60,402 bases of DNA from Chara braunii (Eukaryota; Plantae; Charophyceae): the NCBI GenBank assembly GCA_003427395.1, contig BFEA01000046.1, forward strand, positions 1,773,465 to 1,833,866. Reading direction: 5' to 3'. Under the pieces are notes generated by a model that was not told the DNA's origin, did not search any database, and saw nothing but the letters and a program-made list of their open reading frames with translations. Numbering within the stretch: position 1 is the stretch's first letter; every line of letters starts with the position of its first letter. This document shows positions 1 through 7,873 of this stretch, piece after piece. The position numbers and the translations under genes are program-made.

Positions 1-138
1 AAAAAAAAAAAAAAAAAAAAAGGAAAAAAGATGATCAATAGACCCACCTTCATCTGCCATCTTCACACGATTCGCAGCCTTCGTTCACAACGTCCTTCTC
101 CTCTCCTTCGCCACACTCCTTTGTCGTCACGACTTCTC

Positions 139-139
<1 letters not shown>

Positions 140-179
<40 letters not shown>
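140..179. repeat. (CT)n microsatellite, left target site of the Penelope-like element
   Basis: Pure CT run that merges directly into the 5'-truncated element copy (ctctcggggctttggc vs internal ctctctgggctttggc at 5700). Confidence 0.95.
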
Positions 180-181
<2 letters not shown>

Positions 182-1513
182 GGCTTTGGCAAGATTTGCC
201 ACATTGTCCGGGAGTCAGTGGAGAGCTCCGCTCTCTAATCTGTACCCCGGACTGGGTCGGTTTCTGAGTTTTGAATAGGTGAGACAGTAGATATGCCCGT
301 CATACCTGGACGGGTTCGTTTCTCTATTCGTTTCCTTTATTTCGTTTTCTTTCTTCGTCCCTTTTCTTTTTTCTTTTTTCTTTTTTCCTTTTTCTTTTTC
401 CTTTATCTTTTTATTTTCTTTTTTCTTTTTTTTTTTTTCTTTTTTTCTTTTTTCGTTTTATTTTCGTTTCCCTTTAATTTAGCATGTACTTTAGCTCGGC
501 TCTCCGGCCCTACGTATTTCTCTCTTTTCTTCTCTTATTTTCCTCTTCCTTTTCGGTTTTTCCCCTTTTTTCATTTTTTCATTTTTCTCTCTTTTCCTCC
601 TTTTTCATTTCCCTTCCATTAGTACGGACGTTTGTGACCCCTGTTTGCCCATATAAACGCAGGACGGTTCAACCACAAAAAAGAGGGGACCTGGTACCGT
701 CTCCGGGAGAGCATGGGTAACCGTGTACCGTTTATCGGACTTGTAGAAGAGGCGGATGAGCAAACCGACCGGGAAGTTGATATTGATCGAAGGTAAGCGC
801 AGATTCTGCGTTTTTGGCTTGCTTTTTTTGGTAACAGGAGACACGACTCTGCCGAAGTGCGCTAACTTCGCGCCTCTGCAGACGATGCGAGAAATCAGGT
901 TCCAATTTGGCAAAGAAGAGGAAGGGGATGGCGATGAGGGAAGAGAGAAAAATGGGAGAGGAAGGAGCAGAGACCGGGTATGGAGGGAGGGGTAGGGACA
1001 GAGACGAACAAGGGAAGAATGGTTAGTGTGTGCGCCAGAGTGTTTTGGACGAGGAACTGGTTAGGCGGATAGTGAAGAAGGTAGCCGAGGTAGGATAGGT
1101 AGGCAGAGCTTCTCACTGATAACCTCGGGTTTTCGAGACTAAGATCCAGACTGAAGAATAGTATTTAAAGATGAGAGGGAGAGAAGGATCTATCTCTCCG
1201 CTGCATGATAGATGCANACCTCGGGTTTTCGAGACTAAGATCCAGACTGAAGAATAGTATTTAAAGATGAGAGGGAGAGAAGGATCTATCTCTCCGCTGC
1301 ATGATAGATGCAGGTTCCTAGCCCCCTGATGAGACTGTTGAGACACGCCGACAACGAAACTCGTCGGGGCAGTGCATGCCAGAAGGAGTGAGTTTTTTCG
1401 AGTTGAACATGATGAGTATGAGCGGAGTTTTCTGACTCGTGTTTGTACTAAGGTGTGCTATGGACTATGGGTGCAAGCAAGTTGATTTGTGCACTCTATC
1501 TTAACACTCCTCT
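170..1513 (+). repeat. Upstream pseudo-LTR (5'-truncated tandem copy of the element 3' end)
   Basis: Aligns by eye with 5695-7035; starts inside the RT C-terminal coding sequence and ends at ...tatcttaacactcctct; no TG..CA LTR termini. Confidence 0.92.
1321..1370 (+). ncRNA. Type I hammerhead ribozyme (copy 1, partly decayed)
   Basis: GCCCC-CTGATGA-G-ACTGTTG(agacacgc)CGACAAC-GAAAC-TC-GTC-GGGGC. Stem I GCCCC/GGGGC, conserved core, GUC cleavage triplet ending at 1365. Confidence 0.85.
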
Positions 1514-1840
1514 TTCTTGAATCTCCTATAGCGTGGTAACCGGCGTATTGGATACGTGATCGGTGGCTATGGAGGGTACTCGGAAGTTGTACTCGGAAGG
1601 TTTACGATCCATCACCAACGAAGTTTTTGCGACTTCAAGAGATTATCGACCGGCTTCGTTCTTTTCGGCGTTCGGCCCGAAGTGGTCGGGTCGGCTTGCA
1701 CGTGCGATGCACGGGACTAAGTCGACGACGAGCCCAGGTGGCAAGGTAGGAACGAACCATGAAGTAGACGATGAGCGGGGTCACTGTTGAGCATCCAGAT
1801 GAGATACGCTGACAACGGCGTGATTGTCCGTAGTACTGGG

Positions 1841-2002
1841 ATGAAAGCATTCTGGAAGGTCTTGAGAAAGGTCGGATATATCACGATCGGGTGTGTGGGT
1901 AGTTACTTGGTGATTCAAGGCGTAAAAGGTAGGATTAAGGGAACTCGTTGGATACTTAGTGTGCACATCTATGTTACGACGGTAGATTTGAGAAGCTACT
2001 AG
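1841..2002 (+). CDS. Small basic/hydrophobic ORF inside the PLE (53 aa, MKAFWKVLRKVGYITIGCVGSYLVIQG...)
   Basis: ATG lies 7 nt after a TAG and its stop is 11 nt before the next ATG; hydrophobic stretch; no recognised homology. Confidence 0.4.
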   Translation: MKAFWKVLRKVGYITIGCVGSYLVIQGVKGRIKGTRWILSVHIYVTTVDLRSY

Positions 2003-2013
2003 CCTAAGGAGGG

Positions 2014-2250
2014 ATGTCTACGAGAAACTTTAGGGATTTAGAATTCGAGAGACAGTTTTTAGAGTTTCAAAAGATTATTGAAGAAACGTTAGTACCGTCC
2101 TTTTTTGTAGCATTGCACTTCCAGGATTCTGATTCGAGGGAGGAAGTCATTGATCTTTTCGAAGTCGTACTAGGGCGCTTGCATAGTGTGGGTTGTTTGG
2201 TTAGGGATAGAAGGTTAAGAAGGAGGAGGCAGGGAAGGAGGAGGCGATAG
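2014..2250 (+). CDS. Small ORF inside the PLE (78 aa, helical, Arg-rich C-terminus)
   Basis: Clean ATG..TAG ORF with protein-like composition, packed between neighbours (gaps 11 nt and 3 nt). Confidence 0.55.
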   Translation: MSTRNFRDLEFERQFLEFQKIIEETLVPSFFVALHFQDSDSREEVIDLFEVVLGRLHSVGCLVRDRRLRRRRQGRRRR

Positions 2251-2253
2251 GAA

Positions 2254-3156
2254 ATGGCAGGACAACAGCAACAATTTGGGGGACCTCCCTTGACGTACGC
2301 TAGCGGCGCTCAGCAAACCATAGCGGGAGGAGGTCAGCATAGCGCAGTTATGTGCTACATATGCGGTAAACAAGGGCACTACGCGAGGAACTGCTGGGCT
2401 GCCGGCAACGGGCGACCAACGCAGCAGTTCCAACAACAATCCATCCAACAGCCGGTGGATGATGAGACTGCGAAGATGAAAGCATACTTCAGGAAAAAGA
2501 TTCAGAAGCAGAAGGTTGAAGAAGAAAGGAGAGAAAGGATAGAGGAGGGAAAGCGGAGGGAGGAAGAGGATAGGAGAGAAGCAGATAGGCTTAGGGAAGC
2601 GGAGGCAAGGGAAGCGAAGTTAGAAGCGAAGCTGATCAGATTGATGAATCAGCATAATAAATCGGTAAGTGCGGCACGATCTTCAGTGGTGAAGAAGAAG
2701 TCCCCGCGGACTAAAGCATGGATGCTGAGGGAGATGAGGAGCTATTTTGACGAATCCGAAGACGACAGCGAGGAGGTAAGAGAGGAAGCCGAACGATTGG
2801 TTAACGCTATAGAGAATCGGAAAGGCAAGAGGAGGATGAACGAAGTAGAAGGCAGAGTCTCTGCGGCCAGAATGAGGTCAACCAGGAATGCTCCGATTGA
2901 CGTGGATGATCTACCAGACGAGGAGAAAACACCTGTACGGAAGAGAGGTGAAGCTACCGGAGGAGACTTCCTTGAGTTAGCCCTAGAAATGCATGAGAAG
3001 CTTTCTGCGAAGAAAGTTACAGAACTGAGGAAAATCTGCAATGAAGAAGGTGTCGAATGGACCAGAAAGGAGGTTGCTATGAATGAGCTTGTGAGGTGTA
3101 GGACGTGCCTGGCCTACGGAGAGGGAATGAGGACATCGTCTCTATCCGGGAGGTAG
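2254..3156 (+). CDS. PLE accessory gag-like protein: CCHC zinc knuckle, coiled coil, C-terminal SAP-like motif
   Basis: Intact 300 aa ORF; CYICGKQGHYARNC = CX2CX4HX4C; E/R/K-rich helix; LSAKKVTELRKICNEEGV..KEVAMNEL resembles a SAP/HeH motif. Confidence 0.8.
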   Translation: MAGQQQQFGGPPLTYASGAQQTIAGGGQHSAVMCYICGKQGHYARNCWAAGNGRPTQQFQQQSIQQPVDDETAKMKAYFRKKIQKQKVEEERRERIEEGKRREEEDRREADRLREAEAREAKLEAKLIRLMNQHNKSVSAARSSVVKKKSPRTKAWMLREMRSYFDESEDDSEEVREEAERLVNAIENRKGKRRMNEVEGRVSAARMRSTRNAPIDVDDLPDEEKTPVRKRGEATGGDFLELALEMHEKLSAKKVTELRKICNEEGVEWTRKEVAMNELVRCRTCLAYGEGMRTSSLSGR

Positions 3157-3167
3157 AGATTTCCGGA

Positions 3168-5803
3168 ATGGAGGAACTCGAGGAATTCGCTAGGCTGATG
3201 GCTGATGAGGATAGAGGCAGAGGCCCACATCAGAATGCTTTGAACGATGCATATGAAGATTGGTTAGCCAGGCAGTTCTTACTAGCCGTGATTAGAGGGT
3301 GCTGCCCATGGGCAAGGAAGTGGGTTGGAGTGTGCACATTGGATATAGAGGATTTGTCGACCCGAGATTCCGGAGTGTGTGTTTTGGTTAGCCCCTGGTG
3401 TAGACATTTTTATATTGGATGTACTACTCGGAGCTTTCTTTTGAGGTGGTCGGAGCACGTCAAGTTTGCTGTTTCAGGGAAGCTTGGAAACTCTCCCAAG
3501 CTACATTCATGGCTGAAGCTATTTGGGTGGAAGAGATACTTAATTATGCCGCTCGTATCAAGGGCTGGTGAACCAACATCTGTGGAGAAAGCGTTGATTA
3601 GAGGAAAGGACGGAGGGAAAGAGGTAAGCGAAAAGCATATGAATGGCAGGGAAAGGTAATTTTATTCAACGGGGCGGCTTCGCTGATAAACCTGTTCAGA
3701 CAGCAACCGAAACCGCGACTTATTGTTTCGAATGGAGGATTGATTTGGGCCGACAAGTGGAGGAATATCAAGGGAAAAGTAGGTGAGTGCATCGTACGGG
3801 TTAATGGGAGGAATAGACTCTTCAGGGACTGCAGAAGAGAGTTGGAAGATGAAGGAAGATTTAAGGTCGTTAGGGTCAGGATAGTATCCTCCAATGTCGA
3901 ACGACGGAAGAATGTACCCAAGGATCTACTGAATCAGCCATAGGATAATGAGAGCAGTAAGGAAGGTGTTCGGAGCGGAGATACGGAGGCGACCGATTGT
4001 CAAGATTCCCTTTTCGACAAAGATAGACAGGAGGAGAGTGAGGGAGGTCGTAGCGTTGACAATAGGGCAGGTCATTACTGATCCGCCAATGAGAAGGTAT
4101 GTAGCTCAGCGAATTCGGGTCGTTTTTAAGAAAAGCTTGACAGTGGGACAAATAGTACACAGTCAGAGGCTATGTGCCGGAGCTGACAAGGTTTTTTGCA
4201 CATGCTCGGATTTGCCATGGCCCAGGGCACAAGGACATATCAAGGCGAGACTGGACGAACTTCCTGCAGTTCCGGACTTTGTCAAAAACTCGCGGGACGT
4301 CACGAGTGGGGAAGAAGTTACCCTTCGAGTACTGAGGAAGAGCATTACGGATGCAGTAAGTCCGTGGAGTAAGCGGAAGCAGATTCTACAGCAGGATCAG
4401 GTGCTGCAGAACTGCTACACTCACCAGCCATGGAGACAATGTCGTGCGATGGGAGGGAATCAGGTAAGGGAATGGGCGCAAACACTGGTGGGCTTGGTAG
4501 CGGTTGCGATTGATCGGAACCCGGGGGGCACCTTAGTTCTGTGTCCAGTTCTATACCTACATGCGTGTAAAATGACGTTTAACTGGAACGATAGCTTCGT
4601 ACTGGAACCTAGGACCGAGGTACATATCATCGAAGATATGAAGAGAAGTTATGACCGTGCCGGTCTGGGGAGGATAGCGATGTGGGGAAAAGGAGGAAGG
4701 ATTGGACAGGCCTATGTGTTACCAAAGGACAAAGATATTGGAAGGTGGAGACTGATATCCCCCTCAAGCAACGATCCAGCTAGATTGACAGGGTCAAGAT
4801 TAGGAAGGGCGCTGCGATTCCAGAGCGGTGGATATGCTGAGGGAGAAGTGCGGAGAATTCGAGAGAGATCTTTCAGAATGTGAATTCGCGTATGCCAGGA
4901 GCTACGACGTAAAGGATATGTTTGCTAGGCTGTCTCATGATGCGGTGTTGAACTCTGTTCTATGGATGATTGAATTGTATCGAAGGAGGAATCTGGTAGG
5001 GGTTAGGGCAAGTCGGAGAGGAAGGGTATGCATGATGGCGAGGAACCGAAGGAGTGAAGATTTTGTGCTGTTAGACTTCGAACTCATGACAAGAGCCATA
5101 CAGTTTGAGCTGAACAATGCTTTCGTTACAAGCGCCGGTGAGACGCTGAGGCAGGTCTTCAGAATCCCGGTGGAGGAGCTCCAGCCCCGCGCTCGCATGT
5201 TTGGTATGTGCTAGATCGGAGGCAATTTTTGTGGAGTCCCTTGGATGAGACAGGAGATGGGTCAGAGGGATGAGGATGATCGATGATGTCGCTATTATTG
5301 TTGGACTTCCGGATCGAGAGGAGGAGACAGAATGGACGACCACAGAGATTTTGGGGAAGTTCGAATCGTGCTATGATGAGACCCTCTGTCTGGTGAGAAA
5401 GGATGAAGGAGGGAACGCCATGGATTTCCTAGAAGCACGGGTTGTCGTTGAAGTAGCGCCAGTGCACATTCATGTCTTCCCGAGGACAAGGAATCAGCCG
5501 TCATTAACCGAGACCGGTCGGGCACGGATCCACTCAATGCAAGACTTTGATTCATTCTCCAAAAAAGCGACGAAGAGAGCTACATTGGTTGCTAGCATGA
5601 TACGCGCTCACAGGCTCTCGACATCGGATGAAGCAACGCTGACAACCATTTCGGCGATAATGTTTGAAGCACGCCTTCGGGGGTACCCAACGGAGGTCTC
5701 TCTCTGGGCTTTGGCAAGATTTGCCAAATTGTCCGGGAGTCAGTGGAGAGCTCCGCTCTCTAATCTGTACCCCGGACTGGGTCGGTTTCTGAGTTTTGAA
5801 TAG
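3168..5803 (+). pseudogene. GIY-YIG endonuclease-reverse transcriptase polyprotein of the PLE, disrupted by frameshifts, stops and deletions
   Basis: SGVCVLVSPWCRHFYIGCTTRSFLLRWSEH (GIY-YIG); CTC linker motif; YVLPKDKD..WRLIS (RT 1-2); SYDVKDMFARL (motif A); RQVF.IP then frameshifted SSSPALACL (motif B); RMIDDV (motif C); MDFLE (motif E). Confidence 0.9.
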
Positions 5804-7028
5804 GCGAGACAGTAGATATGCCCGTCATACCTGGACGGGTTCGTTTCTCTACTCGTTTCCTTTATTCCGTTCTCTTTCTTCCTCACTTTTCTTTTATCTT
5901 TTATCTTTTTTCCTTTTCCTTTTTCCTTTATCCTTTTATTTTCTTTTCTCTTTTTTCTTTTTTCTTTTTCCTTTTATTTTCGTTTCCCTTTAATTTAGCA
6001 TGTACTTTAGCTCGGCTCTTCGGCCCTACGTATTTCTCTCTTTTCTTCTCGTATTTTCCTCTTCCTTTTCGGGTTTTCCCCTTTTTTCATTTTTTCATTT
6101 TTCTCTCTTTTCCTCCTTTTTCATTTCCCTTCCATTAGTACGGACGTTTGTGACCCCTGTTTGTCCATATAAACGCAGGACGGTTCGACCACAAAAAAGA
6201 GGGGACCAGGTGCCGTCTTCGGGAGAGCATGGGTAACCGTGTACCGTTTATCGGACTTGTAGAAGAGGCGGATGAGCAGACCGACCGGGAAGTTGATATT
6301 GATCAAAGGTAAGCTCAGATTCCGCGTTTTTGGCTTGCTTTCTTTGGTAACAGGAGACACGACTCTGCCGAAGAGCGCTAACTTCGCGCCTCTGCAGACG
6401 ACCCGAGAAATCAGGTTACAATTTGGCAAAGAAGAGGAAGGGGATGGCGATGAGGGAAGAGAGAAAAATGGGAGAGGAAGGAGCAGAGACCGGGTATGGA
6501 GGGAGAGGTAGGGACAGAGACGAACAAGGGAAGAATGGTAAGTGAGTGCACCAGAGTGTTTTGGACAAGGAACTGGTTAGGCGGGTAGTGAAGAAGGTAG
6601 CCGGGGTAGGATAGGTAGGCAGAGCTTCTCACTGATAACCTCGGGTTTTCGAGACTAAGATCCAGACTGAAGAATAGTATTTAAAGATGAGAGGGAGAGA
6701 AGGATCTATCTCTCCGCTGCATGATAGATGCANACCTCGGGTTTTCGAGACTAAGATCCAGACTGAAGAATAGTATTTAAAGATGAGAGGGAGAGAAGGA
6801 TCTATCTCTCCGCTGCATGATAGATGCATTCCTGGTTTCCTAGCCCCCTGATGAGACTGTTGAGACACGCCGACAGTGAAACGCGTCGGGGCAGTGCGTG
6901 CCAGAAGGAGTGAGTTCTTTTGAGTTGAACATGATGAGTATGAGCGAAGTTTTCTGACTCGTGTTTGTTCTAAGGTGTGCTATGGACTATGGGTGCAAGC
7001 GAGTTGATTTGTGCACTCTATCTTAACA

Positions 7029-7035
<7 letters not shown>
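5695..7035 (+). repeat. Downstream pseudo-LTR / element 3' end
   Basis: Second copy of 170-1513 with scattered substitutions; runs into (CT)n at ~7032. Confidence 0.92.
6843..6892 (+). ncRNA. Type I minimal hammerhead ribozyme (copy 2)
   Basis: GCCCC-CTGATGA-G-ACTGTTG(agacacgc)CGACAGT-GAAAC-GC-GTC-GGGGC. Stem II ACTGTTG/CGACAGT, palindromic minimal stem III ACGCGT, predicted cleavage after 6887. Confidence 0.9.
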
Positions 7036-7109
<74 letters not shown>

Positions 7110-7368
7110 NNNNNNNNNNNNNNNNNNNNNNNNNNNNNNNNNNNNNNNNNNNNNNNNNNNNNNNNNNNNNNNNNNNNNNNNNNNNNNNNNNNNNNNNNNN
7201 NNNNNNNNNNNNNNNNNNNNNNNNNNNNNNNNNNNNNNNNNNNNNNNNNNNNNNNNNNNNNNNNNNNNNNNNNNNNNNNNNNNNNNNNNNNNNNNNNNNN
7301 NNNNNNNNNNNNNNNNNNNNNNNNNNNNNNNNNNNNNNNNNNNNNNNNNNNNNNNNNNNNNNNNNNNN

Positions 7369-7448
<80 letters not shown>

Positions 7449-7450
7449 CT
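7032..7450. repeat. (CT)n/(GT)n microsatellite spanning an assembly gap
   Basis: Seen directly; N run at 7110-7368. Confidence 0.95.
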
Positions 7451-7768
7451 CGCGAGTGAAGCGAACGTCGATCATCAGCGAGCGAAGCGCCGAGGTGGCC
7501 GAACGGAATGAGCGGGCTGCCAACCCGACGGCCAAAGCAAATGAGCGGCCCGATAGAGTTCTCGGGAATCCGGCCGTCAGATTCCCGAATGTTCTATCGG
7601 GCCGGACGACTGGCCTGCCCTGAACGACTGGGAGGATCCTCGTTGGGCCCGCGGCTAACTGTCCCGCGACGTTTCCCAACACTGGATGCGGGTTCTCGCG
7701 GGAGTGTTACGCGAGACCCGCTATCAACTTTTGCCTCAGGGTCACATCGAAATTCCTTGCCAATACAA

Positions 7769-7873
7769 TGACGAGTCGGTGAAACTCCAACGAAACAGTT
7801 TGTCACAGCCCCTCGTTTGTTGTCCTCTTCTCTCTCTCTGCCTACGGTTTACCGGGCAGTTCTATTTGTGAAG
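7769..7873 (+). mobile_element. 5'-truncated copy of a second hammerhead-core-bearing (probable PLE) family
   Basis: TGACGA-GTCGG(tgaaact)CCAAC-GAAACAGTTTGTC..., near identical to 57385-57489; ends at (AT)n. Confidence 0.7.

Larger units (their letters stand above)
170..7035 (+). mobile_element. Penelope-like retroelement (PLE) with EN-before-RT domain order, partial tandem (pseudo-LTR) structure
   Basis: GIY-YIG motif upstream of PLE-type RT motifs; direct repeats at 170-1513 and 5695-7035 (offset ~5525), each with a hammerhead core; both ends abut (CT)n; no protease, RNase H or integrase. Confidence 0.92.

Noticed and set aside
293-622. Phe-rich ORFs and other ORFs over microsatellites, N gaps and GC repeats (e.g. 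6977-7511, 22981-23848, 28144-29147, 37317-38449, 58966-60402)
   Set aside because: These are artefacts of low-complexity sequence lacking stop codons.
756-995. 79-aa ORF present in both pseudo-LTRs (also 6272-6511)
   Set aside because: The two copies differ by many amino-acid changes, and part of the ORF is a purine-rich low-complexity run. No sign of selection from this window alone.
1151-1200. Other CTGANGA motifs (1151, 3202, 41941, 59620)
   Set aside because: No following stem II plus GAAA, so they are not hammerheads.
1122-1312. Exact 95-bp tandem duplication joined by a single N (also at ~6638-6828)
   Set aside because: Identical copies separated by one N, with length 95 (K-1 for a K=96 assembler), indicate unmerged contig overlaps rather than biology.
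2005-2250. AAGGAGG Shine-Dalgarno-like motifs before PLE ORFs
   Set aside because: The context is eukaryotic and the sense strand is strongly AG-rich, so these are expected by chance.
170-7035. Interpretation as an LTR retrotransposon or group II intron
   Set aside because: The repeats lack TG..CA, PBS and PPT, begin inside RT coding sequence and contain hammerheads. There is no integrase, RNase H or protease, and no intron domain V was seen.
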